Shown here: positions 1 to 11,600 of the stretch, one piece after another
How positions within the stretch are numbered: the first letter of the stretch is position 1
Layout: each line of letters starts with the position of its first letter
Assembly (NCBI GenBank): GCA_037447605.1
Contig: CM074818.1
Location: forward strand, 1,934,617 to 1,998,616
From: Zygnema circumcarinatum SAG 698-1b
Taxonomy: Eukaryota; Plantae; Zygnematophyceae
Length of the DNA: 64,000 bases
Direction: 5' to 3'
Made by a program: the position numbers and the translations under genes
Notes under the pieces: model-generated
Seen by the model: the letters and a program-made list of their open reading frames with translations, nothing else
Database searches by the model: none
What the model was told of the DNA's origin: nothing

Positions 1-1224
1 GCTCTTCTCCCAAGGAGTCTCCGCTTCTTCTTTGAAGAAACGACTGCTAGCTCTACGCACAGAGTCTGCAAAGTTTGAAGCTCCTTTGGTAAAAGCAAAG
101 ATTTCACGGTAGTAAAAGCCGAGAGGAAGAAGCTTTTCAACCTCAGACCTGGCAGACAAGAGGCGGATCATGAGGAGGAGGCAATCGTATAAGGAAATTA
201 TTCATCGTGAGGACATACATCATTACCATTGTGAGGATGTGAGTTAGCATTAGGATGTGAGGTGTGTACGAATGCATGTCTGTGATAGAAGGTGCAAGAA
301 TACGAGGGACTGAGTGACGAAGGGGGAACAGAGAAAGAGAGAGAGAGGGGGAACGTTGAGAGGGGAGACAGGCGGAGGAGAGAATATGAAGGTGTACCGG
401 GAAGAGAGAGTGTGGTAGAGGGACGAGGGGCGAACCGGGAGGAGTGGAGGGAGAGATCAGGCAGAGACAGCGGGAGGGAGAGAGGGAGAACGACTCGAGA
501 AAAGGAGGGAGAGGAGACAGGGAGGAGAGGAAGAACGAGAGGGAAAGGACAAGGAGACGGAGAGGGGAAGGGAGAGGGGAAGGGAGAGGGGAGAAAGAAA
601 GAGGCTGTTTCAATTACAATCAAGCTTCACTATCGGCCATAGTATCGGAAGCCAAAAAAGAAATATAACTGAGGAACTGACTAACTGACTTTACAAACAT
701 GATTAAACTAGGAGCATATAAAAAGGTTAGCTTAGTTTAGTTAGGTTGGTTAGCTACAAGTGTTTTGCTTCCCTTTACTTCTTTCTCCTCTCTCTCTCTC
801 CCTCTCCTTTTTTTCTTTTACTGAAACAGAATAAGTGAATAGACCGGACCTGAAATTTCTTCAATTTTTTGTGAAGTTTCCAAACAGCTGTAAGCTCAAT
901 CATATGCCGATTTTTTAACCGCAATTTCACGGAACGTACTGAAATTTTGCGAGAGAGAAAGAGGGAGGGGGAGACAAAGAGAGAGAGATGGAACAATGCA
1001 TGTCGGAGTCATTAGCAAATCACTCACTTTTTCAGATTTCCCTGCAGAAAAAAATTAAGGACTTGCCGATGATCCGAACTGTTAGAGTCTTCCTCAGCGC
1101 TTTCCGCTTCAATGTAAAGCTCAGACGAGAGATGAACATTTTTAGGGTTGAATGTTTGGAACAATTCGTCTGAAAACACATCTCCGGAGCAGCCAGCCAG
1201 AGCAAATATGATGTCCCTCTCCAT
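1..1224 (-). CDS. GCP4: Gamma-tubulin complex component 4 (5' part; gene continues beyond the window start). Exon 1 1224-1067 (probable GC donor), exon 2 148-<1
   Basis: Exon 1 MERDIIFALAGCSGDVFSDE resembles the GCP4 N-terminus (MLHELLLALLGFTGDL-type). After the acceptor ctgccag, the exon reads (R)SEVEKLLPLGFYYREIFAF, matching the GCP4 LGFYYREL motif. A phase-2 join CG|G is consistent with this model; an extra small exon in between cannot be excluded. Confidence 0.8.
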
Positions 1225-1587
1225 TGCAGGAGAGGAGAGGAGGAAGCCGCAGATTTGGAAGGGAGAGAGAGTGGGGGAGAGAGAGAGAGAGACGGAGAGA
1301 GTTGTAGGGAGAAGGAGAGCAGTGGAAGGAAGGGAGAGGCGGGACCGCAGGAGAGGAAGAGAGAGAGAGAGAGAGGGAGAGAAATGGGTAGAGAGATAAT
1401 GTGCTGAGCTAGGCCTCCAGGCGAGCGGAGAGAGCTCAGAGAGAGGGAGAGAACGAAAGCGGGAGAGTGATTTGCAAATGCAAATTTTGAAAGGAGCGAC
1501 GGCTGTCTTGCCGATATCTTCCGATATATCGTTTTAAATTGGACAGTACGGGTTGACGATATGACAATACGTTGCGGTATATATATT

Positions 1588-1733
1588 GGGAATTTCTACT
1601 TACACACCTTTTTATCTATTTACACACCTTTTCTTAAAAAATAACCCCAATACCACATAAACCCTAAAGTAAATTCTGACGGGCAAAAAAAGATGAGTAT
1701 CTAGACAAAAAAGGTGTGTAAATAGCATTTTCC
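1588..1733. mobile_element. Short MITE-like element (TIR family also present at 19577-19982)
   Basis: Left end GGGAATTTCTACTTACACACCTTTTTATCTA; reverse complement of right end GGAAAATGCTATTTACACACCTTTTTTGTCTAGA. The same TIR core occurs at 19577-19982. AT-rich flanks, no clean TSD. Confidence 0.6.
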
Positions 1734-1849
1734 TTATAGATATCGCGATATGGATATTGCGATATTCGATATTTTGCCACGGTATCATATCGAGAACGAG
1801 CGGCACCCCGTGCGGCTGAAGCTTCTTTCTCGCACTTGCGAGACAACAA

Positions 1850-1984
1850 AAACCCAGTTTCTTTTGAAAAACCAAATTTATTGCCAGCTCGGATCGGGTA
1901 CAAATGGGGCGTAAGTGTGGATAGAAACCCAGTTTGGATTAAAAAACCAGTTTTTTGTCAGCTCAGATTGGGTACAAATGGGGT
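1850..1984. repeat. Imperfect tandem duplication of a ~75-bp unit in the GCP4/NdhL divergent promoter
   Basis: AAACCCAGTTT...CAGCTC(G/A)GAT(C/T)GGGTACAAATGGGG occurs twice with a 74-75-bp period. Confidence 0.7.
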
Positions 1985-2068
1985 CTTTCAGACAGCCAGC
2001 TGTTTTTTTTGCAGGACCTGATCTGGAAAGCGTTTGGCCGAGAGAGAGAGAGAGGGCAGAGCTCAGCC

Positions 2069-4958
2069 ATGGCTTCCGCAGCCGCAGCTTCCTCCCTGTT
2101 GCCGCGTGCTCTTGCATCCACCGGCCGCCATGGCTGCCAGGAATCTCTTCCTTTGCGCTCCTCCTCCTTCACTCCGCTTCCTGCACGAGCCTTTTCTCGC
2201 TCCGCAAAGTTTTTAGGGTTGTCAGGGGCTCGCCCTATTGGGAGGTTCGCAGACATTGTAGCTCTGGTGAGGAGGCAGGAAAGCTTAGAGAAATTTCTTT
2301 CGAAGATTGCTTTTTCTTGCTTTGAGTGCAATGCTGCTGCAGAAGCAGGAGCAGAGAGCATTTGATTGTCTTATCCCTTACATTATATCTCATCACTGCT
2401 TCTTTTGAGACTTTTCATGATGTTTTTAACTGCTTGCCTCCGCTTGTTTCTCTCCTATGGAAAGAAAGTATCCGGAAACACCTCAGGATGCTGCCTCTCC
2501 ATTGAATTGATAGCTCTTAGTATCCCGTAAAGGAATGTTAAAATATATCATTTAATATATAATATCATTCCTATGCAGTTTCAAGCATAGGAATGGCACT
2601 CGGATAGCTTTTGGTTTTCCAATTTAAAAAGTGCTGGTTGTACATTTCTGTGGCCTGAAATTGAATTAGGATACTTGCAATGCAGAAAGTGTGAGCTGAA
2701 GTATTGAGTGATCTTATTCATTCCAGGTTTTGATATATTATAATCTGCCAGACGTTGCATTGCCGTTTATGGTGGAAAAGTTAAGTGTTTTATGTTGACT
2801 GTGGGCGTGTGGTTGGTAGTTGATTCTCATTGGCGTGGTTATTCATGAGGACGAGAGCGAGTGAGAGTGAGAGAGAGAGCGAGGTGTGGATGGTTACTCT
2901 GCGTTTCTTGTATGCGAATTGGAAAGCCACCTGCTGCTTGGATGCCATACTGCATGGTTGATCACACTGATCCGAAACTATGATTGAAGCTTAGGAACGT
3001 TTGAGGGGATAATGAGCTTGCATGTATGCTTAAGCAGATTTGCAGAAAACTGTCTATTTAGTAGCGCAGATAGATGCAGCTGTTCAGATGCAACTATGGT
3101 TTATCGGCTTCAAACTTCTGAGCAAAAAGGCTCCTATCCCTTTACCTTGTTTGCAGAAGTCAACAAAGGCTGAGAATGATGTGGAGGAATCTCCACTTGC
3201 TGACAATGAGGTACTATCCCACGCGAAGGATAAAATTCAGGGTACATCTTTGATTGTATTTACGCGATCTTGGTGTTAGATTGTTCTGGAATTAATTTAG
3301 AAAAGTACATGATTGCTTATTGCAATGGTTTTTGATACTTCAGGACGTTTTTCGTGATGAAGGCACTTCCCTTTTTTTTTTCGAAGGTTTGATTTCACAT
3401 AGGAAATGAGATCACAAGATGCAGAATCTGTTATATCGCAGACATTTGCCCGTGTCTGAGAGGGCACATGAAAAGGAAATAAGCCCTTTCTGTTGATTGT
3501 CTCAACCTTCTCTCTCTTCCTTTCCCTCTCTCCTTCTCTCTAGGCTAACCTAAGTCTCTCACGGTCCTCTTCCTTCTTTTCATGGAACTGCGCAGGCAGC
3601 CTCCAGTCATTTTCCCGCTGGGCAGTTTTCAGCAGCAACAGCTTTCTTTTTGTTGCAGGTTTGTTGGAAATTAGAAGTTCACCCTCCAACTCTTAAAAAT
3701 TTTGAATCAACAGAATCTGCTGAGCTCCGGTGATTCAACCATGTCTGTGTCTAACTTCCGATGACAATTGTTCTGAACCGTTCTGAAAACACTCTTGTTA
3801 CGTAAATGCTTGTAAGCACGATGCCTTATACTCCGAATAGGTAAATATTGAAGCTCACAGCAATGACCTTTACAGGTCAGAAGTCCTCTCTACTGAAGTG
3901 GAACCAATCAAACGTATAAGAATGTGAAGCACATGTTCGTGCAGCAGGACAGTAGTCTGTAGTGGATTTTGTTCTAAACTTGTTTCGAGAATGATCAGAA
4001 TTACTAAGTTCTCCCTACTTTGTGGGTTGGGGGTTGGCTGCAAATGGAAGCAGAGTCTGGTAGTGAGCTTGCCCGCTGAAGCCTTTGAGTTTCCAAGCAT
4101 TGCCTTTTGGAACTCGAAGGAGGTGGAGAGCATCTTCTACGTGATCCTTATCGCGCTTTTCTACGTGTTTGTGGCCCCTGTAAGTGTTTCACTCTAAGAG
4201 ATCGTAAAAATTTTCTTCTTCGTTCATCGATGAAGTCTTACTCAGAGAGAGTCTTACTTACATTTTGTGAGAGTTTCTTACTATGTGAAACTGAAATCCA
4301 ATTTGTACCTGTATGCAGGGAGTGCATAGCCTACTAAGTACCTCATATTAGGAAGCTGTCAATGGTCAATGTTCCCTATTTGTAGTTTATGCAGAACTGT
4401 TTCTCACAAAACTTTCTATGCTTCATGTGACTGTAACATTTGATTAAACTTCTGCTTTCAAAATTTCTTCTTGTGCAGCCCGTCGTGTTCAACTATTTGC
4501 GTGCTCGATGGTTTAAACGCAACATGTGGGAGACTATTTTCCAGTACTTCTGCTTCTTTTTATTCTTCCCTTCGTACGTTCTCTGCCCGTGGCCTTTGTT
4601 TTCGTTTTCATATCAGCCACGAGAGAATCCCCTTCCGTTGCTTTCATCCTCTCTCTCCCCCTGCTCTCCCTCTATCCCTCTTTCCCTCCCTCTCTCTCCC
4701 TCCCTCCCCCCCTCCTTTCCTCCCCTACTCCCCCCTCCCCCCCCTCCCCCCCTCCCCTTTTCCACCCCTCCCCCCTCCCCCCTCCCCCCTCCCCCCTCCC
4801 CCCTCCCCCACTCTCCCCCTTTCCCCCTCCTCCCTCCTACTCCCTGCCCCCTGCCCGCTCCCCTCCCTGACACTGCTTATTGGTTCTACTGCAGCATGTT
4901 ACTATGGGCACCCTTCATCAACTTTAGACCTATTCCGCCAGATCCTTCGCAAAAGTAA
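2069..4958 (+). CDS. NDHL: Chloroplast NDH-1 subunit L (NdhL/CRR23), 199 aa. Exons 2069-2266, 3157-3210, 3596-3658, 4054-4179, 4479-4573, 4895-4958
   Basis: All introns are GT-AG and the exon lengths sum to 600 nt. Ala/Ser/Arg-rich transit peptide. Core FYVFVAPPVVFNYLRARWFKRNMWETIFQYFCFFLFFPSMLLWAPFINFRP matches the NdhL signature (LRxRWY...FFPGLLLWAPFLNFR). Confidence 0.93.
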
Positions 4959-5049
4959 ACGAGAAGGAGTTCACCGCCTTCTGCGCATCCTACTGCGGAG
5001 GCTCTGGCTCCATACTCATTCAATCTTCTTGGCTGGCTAAGCATTCTGA

Positions 5050-5720
5050 CTCTTGGATAAGTATATAGGCGCCATGGGAAATCCTAAATAGGGTTAAAAC
5101 TTTAGAACCATAGAAGGGCTTGTGTAGAAAAGACTCGGTTGAACGCCCATGATTTGTAGGTTGAGCCTGTTGCTGAAGGTGTCGAGATCTATGCTCTTAA
5201 GTTCCGTATTCAGTGGAAAACTCCGGAAGGGGGAGGCTATTGGCCGATGGTCGCGAGGTTCTATGAGACCTTTTTTAGGCCATTCGACGAAGGCAGTCCG
5301 ATTTTCCTGCGATATGTGAGCGAGATCCTTTGCTGCAGCGTGTGTATTGTCTTTTGGGGTTTCTTCTTCTTGCTAGAAGCAGGGGGAGGGTAGTAAGGGG
5401 GGTTGAGAAGGGAGGGAGGGGGGGGGGGTGGGTTGAGGGGAAGGGAGGGATGAGGGAGTGAGGGAAGAGAGGTGCGGGAGGGCAAATGGGCAGTTCCAGG
5501 GAGGGCTCTAATGGCTGGGAGAGAAGAAAGTGGGAAAGTGAAGGTGAAGATGGAGGGGGGGAAGGGGTGGTGAGTGGGAGAGATAGCGAGAGTGGTGGGA
5601 CGAGACAATCAAGTAGTGTCAATGCTCTCCCTAAGGGTATCCCATTTGGTGACACGTGAGTGACCTATTCGCCTTTTTGCTGCCGCATGTGTGTGGTGCA
5701 TACGCAATGCTGACCTTGCT
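5050..5720 (-). mobile_element. Degenerate LINE (L1-like) reverse-transcriptase fragment
   Basis: Minus-strand frames give SPNGIP (cf. PGPDG), WPKKG...PRDHRPIAS (cf. IPKKG...DYRPISL), LNTELK...FSNRL (cf. LNTDYK...LANRL) and ISHGAYILIQE (cf. ISDNILLxQE), in the expected order, broken by stops and a CT tract. Confidence 0.5.
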
Positions 5721-6542
5721 GTCCATGCTTAGTGTGTTGTTGATGGCCCTTGGTATCAGGTGAAGCCCAACAAGTGGTATCCATGGCGGATCCACGGCTG
5801 TAGCGGGAGGGAGGGGGGTGGGGGAGTTCAAGATTTTGAAAAGCTGTTCGCCTATGAAGGTTCAATAGCAGGAATACTCACTCTCAAAATTCAGATTTTT
5901 CTCTCCAACTCTCTGGCCAGCCCCCCCCCCCCTCCAATTCCACTGAAATCCTGGATCTCAGGCCTTCCCCTGGACATGGCGAGGGAGCTGAAATGGAAAG
6001 GGGAACGAGAGGAGGGATGGAGCCCACAAGACGCCTCCCAAACCAGAAACCAAAAACCAAAAACCAAAAACCAAAAACCAACAACCAAAACCAATTCAAA
6101 ACCTACATCAAAGAAAACACCCGAAAGACAAAAATCAGAACACGCAATAAATCCGACAAAGGCAGCAGGCGAATGGCAGCGTGAGACGTGGCAGCAAGCC
6201 CAGAGGATCAATAAGAGGCCTTCACGTGGCATAAGAATGCCAATCACAAGCCGCTACGTGGCAGCGCTGTCGCGGGTGGCTACAACGGTCGGAGGGTTGG
6301 GCACATGCCACGTGTACAGGCTCGTTGGCGTGACAGCCCGTGCCGCATGGAGAGGGCTCAGTTAGCAGTTTCCATGTAAGGAACAAATTACAAAATCAAA
6401 TGCTCAAAAATTCAAAAAGAATGGTTCGTCTTGCACGATGACATGGATTCGTACAGTTTTGTCCATTTCGTACAAGCATGTGTTTGTCGCCTTCTGCCAC
6501 GTGTCGTTTGCTGCTTCAATCGTACTTTTGACGCGTTCATAC

Positions 6543-6751
6543 TGGTCAATATTGTGATGGAAAGTTCATTTGACTAACAGGAGTATAGAGCACATTGTAC
6601 GATTCTGTACACTTGGTCCGTACTATTGTGTACCTGATCCTGTTAACAGACAGGCGTTTCTAGTGGAACGCGGCTGCTGCTTCTCCTGCTCGAGGCAGGA
6701 AGGGGAGCCATTTGCAGTTCTTGGAACCGTCAATACACAGAATTTTTTTTT
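6543..6751 (+). ncRNA. Candidate structured non-coding RNA (H/ACA-like multi-hairpin)
   Basis: Stems TAACAGGA(6575-6582)/TCCTGTTA(6638-6645) and GGCGTTTCTAG/TTGGAACCGTC with inner GAAC/GTTC and TCCTGC/GCAGGA. ACA follows each hairpin and a T run ends the region. No canonical ANANNA H box. Confidence 0.3.
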
Positions 6752-6937
6752 GAATATTTTGAATAGATATTTCTATTAAATATATTTCTTGAAGAAATAT
6801 TTGGAACTCTTCTTTTGTTTGATTTTTCCCATTGATTGATTGATTGATTGATTTCAAGGAAAGCAGGAGGCTTCCGAGCTTGTGCATTGCATTGCAGCGG
6901 CGGGCGGCTTCATTCATTCATCACCCTTAAGGCAGCC

Positions 6938-8005
6938 ATGGACTCACCCATGCCGGAGCTCAGCATTGGACGGCCGCCGAGAGGAGGCCTCCGCCAATGG
7001 ACTGCGCTCGGGATGATGGCGACTTTGGTCTTGTCTTCCCCAGTCCTCATACCGACAAGGTTTGTTGGGAGAAGGAGAGGGAGAGGGAGAGGGAGAGGGA
7101 GAGGGAGAGGGAGAGGGAGAGGAGGGAGAGGGAGAGGGAGAGGAGAGGAGAGGGAGAGAGGGAGAGGGAGAGGGAGAGGGAGAGGGAGAGGGAGAGGAGA
7201 GGGAGAGAGAGAGGGAGAGGGAGAGGGAGAGGGAGAGGGAGAGGGAGAGGGAGAGGGAGAGGGAGAGGGAGAGAGAGGGAGAGGGAGAGGGAGAGGAGAG
7301 GGAGAGGGAGGGAGGGAGAGGGAGAGAGAGAGGGAGGTGAATGGAGAGGCAGGAGGGAAGGGCAGAAGGGGGGAGGGGGAAGTGGGGGAAGTGGGAGAGG
7401 GAGAGGAGGAGGGGGAGGGGGAGGGGGAGGGGGGAGAGTGGGGAGGGGGAGAGGGAGAGGGAGAGGGAGAGAGGGAGAGGGAGGGAGGGAGAGTGGGGAG
7501 GGGGAGAGGGAGAGGGAGGGAGGGAGAGGGAGAGGGAGGGAGTGGGAGTGGGAGTGGGAGTGGTTGAGGAAGTTTCAGTTCAGTATCATCAGATTTGAAA
7601 TGCTTTAATTGATGAAACCTATTTAAGTTTTTTTTGGGAGTTTGTTGATTGACTTTGTTTAGAGGAGCAAAGCAGACGAATAAGTCTCCTTGCTCGTTTC
7701 AGATGCTCGGGCGGTGCCTCCAAACCATTAAGATTTCTGAACCCCCTCAGTGCCAAATTGGCCCCAAGCCATACTAACATCGCCTTCCTCCTTGGTCGGT
7801 ACCTGCTTGTGGCAGTGCCGTAGTGTTGGGAGCGGTCCTATTGGTGCTGACTTCCCTTATGGCGGTGCTGCTCTTGGCCGCTCTACCGCCCCTCCTCCTC
7901 CTCCTTCTAATCCTCGGCTTCCACAATTCCTTCTACCTCTCAAACTTCACCCTTTGCAAGCATCCAAAGCATGCCAAACTTCAGGTTCCCTTTATTGATT
8001 ATTAG
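6938..8005 (+). CDS. Small hydrophobic hairpin-type protein, 103 aa (exons 6938-7059, 7816-8005)
   Basis: Start context GCAGCCATGG is identical to PsaN and near-identical to NdhL. AG|GTTTGT donor, perfect TACTAAC branch point at 7772-7778, then a phase-2 compatible TGGCAG acceptor. Product: ...[49 protein letters not shown]... Confidence 0.55.
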
Positions 8006-8607
8006 CAGTCTCCCTCATTAAGGGCAGTGGCAAACCAACAGTATATGCAAGTATATGATATTTTACTGTTACAGAAATTACATTGGGGAGGGAGTAATGA
8101 TCGTGGTTGTGGGCAGACCCTAAGAAAACTTTATATGCCCTTTAGAGGTAAAGTCAGCTCTAGTTCCTCTTCTATCTGTTTCGTTCATGTTAATCTCCCT
8201 GCATGCATGCATGGTATGTCATGGGCCCTTTTTTATGTGCGTCATCATCATCCGCCCATTTGCTGATATGACATCGCAATTTTATAATGCATGAACATCA
8301 AACAACAACATATCACAAATCGACATGAAATATATATATATATATATATAGAAATTATTGTTTCAACAGAAAAAAGAAAAAAAAGTAAAAAAAAAAAAAA
8401 CCCTTCACTGTTGATCTTGGAAGAGTAGGGAACAAAACCCTCTCGGATCTGCTCAGGCTTCCTATTCTCTTCCTTTTGGGGATCCCTTACTGCGAGATAT
8501 GAAAAGGACCCTCCGCTCTCTAACCAACCTTACAAGCAGTTCGTCTGTTGATCGCTCGGTCGGAGCTCTATTGAGATATAAGGGTATTCTCTCTGTATAA
8601 CTCTCTT

Positions 8608-8661
<54 letters not shown>

Positions 8662-8666
8662 GTTTG

Positions 8667-11600
8667 CTAAATGCAAGTGAAGTTATTAACCACATTGGAG
8701 TAGCCAAAAGCGCAGGTACAGAAGGGCCCATTGCTCCCATAAGAGCAAACCCCATACTTCCCACATGAGCCCCAAGATTGCTTGGCATCACAAAAGGCTT
8801 TGCATTTCCAGTAGGGCTTCTGAATCCCAAAAGCTTCCACTTGGCCGGGGCGAAGAGTGAAGCAGTTGCCATCTAAGATAACGCGTGATAGCTCTCTGCC
8901 TTTAACGGAGGATAAGTAGTTGTTGGCGAGGTTGTATGTTCCTCCGGAGACTGTGATCTCCGCCAGTCCGGAGAGGAGGCAGTCCCCAAGATATCTGAGG
9001 AGGGAGTCAAAAGCTGTGTGAGAAAGTGAAGTCAAGTCAAGTCAAGTCAACTGTGACTAGAAGGTGGAGTCATAAAGCTGCAGGGTTTCAAAGCCCGCAG
9101 GCATACAAAACGCTTTAGAAATGATAGCCGATGTTGTGATGTGATGTGATGTGTGTGTGTGTGTGTGTGTATGTGTGTGTGTGAGGGTGAGAGAGAGAGA
9201 GAGAGGGAGGGGGTGAATTTGTAAAGTCATTGAATTCTGAACTGTATGCTGAATGTTTTGTCATGGAGTTGCGAAGAAATGCAAATTACAAAGAAGGTAA
9301 CACAGCAGTAAGATTTCGACAAAAGAGGTCGAGGAGAGTGGGGGGGAGTAGGAGTAGAAGCGGGAGGGGTAAAGGGAGGGAGAGGAGCGGGACGGGGGAG
9401 ACGAGCTGACAGCGGACTAGCAAGGAAGGCTTCGCAACAAAGCGAGCAACAGAAAGCAAGAGTGAGGGTGTGGAGGCGAATACTGGAGATGGTTGTTCTT
9501 GAGAAAGGGAGAGTGAACCCAACTCAATTGCATATGGAGGGGATAAAAGGGTATTCTAAATACAGAGTGGCATCACAAGTTGCATTCACCCTCACGCGCA
9601 CCCATCACAAGACACAGTGTGCCCCACCCAGATTTTCCCATTTATATTCCCAACCCCACGCCCTTACAGACACGCCCCTCCGCTCAGCAGCTGAAGAGAG
9701 AAAGACCCTAAAGGTGCCTCTGGCAGATGAGTGAGCGGGACCTGCCCACTGCAAACGGGCCGTACGACCGTACAACCGTACAGTTGTACTCCAAACCAAC
9801 CCAACCCAACATTCCCCCTCTTAGTGAGCATGGTACCGCTCATTCCAACCCTAACAGGCGACAACCCTCAGCAATGACAACACCGGTAGCAGCTTTAGTC
9901 AACATGTCTGCGCCCTGCTCAAGTGTACGGACAAAGGAAAACCTAACTACTTTGCTCTCAGCAAGTTCCTGTACAAAGTGCCACTGGATGTGGATGTGTT
10001 TAGTGCGCTTATGGAACACAGGGTTCCTAATGAGTGCAAGACAGCCTTGATTATCAGAACGGATGTTAATCGCCCGCTGTTCCAGCCCAATCTCCTTAAA
10101 AAGACTCCGAAGCCACACAGCTTCCTTGGCTGCATGGCATGCAGCCATGTATTCGGCCTCTGTGCTGCTAAGGGCTACTGTAGGCTGAAGCTTGGAGTTC
10201 CACGAAATCACTCCACCCCCACACAGGAAAGCGTACCCACTGGTTGATCTCCCTGTGTCATAATCCCCTCCCCAATCAGAATCACAGTACCCGGTCAACC
10301 TCACAATACCAGTAGGTTTATACACAATCCCTTTCTCCACAGTGCTTGCCACGTATCGCAAAATTCGTTTGACCGCCAGCCAATGAGCTCTGCCAGGCTT
10401 TTGACAGAACCTGCTTACAAGTCCCACTGCGGCTGCCAAGTCAGGTCTAGTCCCAACCATCAGATACATCAAGCTGCCCACTGCTTCCCTATAAGGTACA
10501 TCCACGGTGCCCTCTGTCCCATCCATGTCCTTCGTTCGATGTACCCCTAACTCCAAGGGAGTACTTGCAGTCTTACACCCCACCATATCAAATCTCTCTA
10601 AAATCTCCCGAGCGTACTGAGCTTGACTGAGCTTCAGTTCTCCCTCGTGCCCCCTTTGAATCTGGATCCCTAAAATGTACTCGGCTGGCCCTAAATCGGT
10701 CATCTTGAATTGAGTCTGTAAGAACCGTTTAACCTCATCAATGCAATCTAACCGGTCCCTGACAAGTAGAAGATCGTCAACGTACACTCCGATCAAAACG
10801 TTCTTGTCTCCGACTCCTCGCCCATACAGTCCGTGATCACTCTTGAACATGATGAATCCAGCGGCAATCAACACAGAGTGTAGCTTAGCATTCCATGCCC
10901 TCGGTGCCTGCTTTAGTCCATATAGCGTTTTTTTCAGTTTCCACACCTTCCCTTTTGGTGCGGACACCCCCTCTGGCACCTGCATGTAGACATCTTCCTC
11001 CAAGTCCCCATTGAGAAAGGCAGTCTCCACATCCATGCTGTGAATGAGCTTCCCTTTGGCAGCTGCAATGGCAATNNNNNNNNNNTGAGGAGGCGAGACC
11101 ATGGAGGAGATGAAGAAGTTCACTTGTTGAGGTGGGGTGTTTTAGTTTTCCGCTGTGCGCACCTGGTGAGAGGTGGACGAGAAGGCATATCGTAGCGGAG
11201 CGGTATGTGGCCCAAGGAGAAGCAAAAGAAAAGTTTAGAGCTCTGATACCAAGGCATGTGATGCCCTTCCTTGAGTCTTTCCTTTCTTGCTGCCCCTCAC
11301 ACCAACACCATATTCTATACTGTGCGCTGGTTTGGGAATAACCCACAAATATTCCCTCCCAACTTCTCGGCCCAAACTTCCCCTTTCGCTTTTCAGGTGG
11401 GATGTGCACAAAGGCTCTGCAACCCCAAACGCGCAAGTGAGAGACAGATGGTTTTCGGCCGCTCCACAGCTCTTCAGGTGTCTTGTCTTTAGAGATGGAA
11501 GTCAGACGCCGATTGCTTATGTGGTTGGCTGTTTGCACCGCCTCTGCCCAAAGGCCAACCTCGGCGCTGGTTTGGTGCAACATGGATCGTGCCATGTCTT

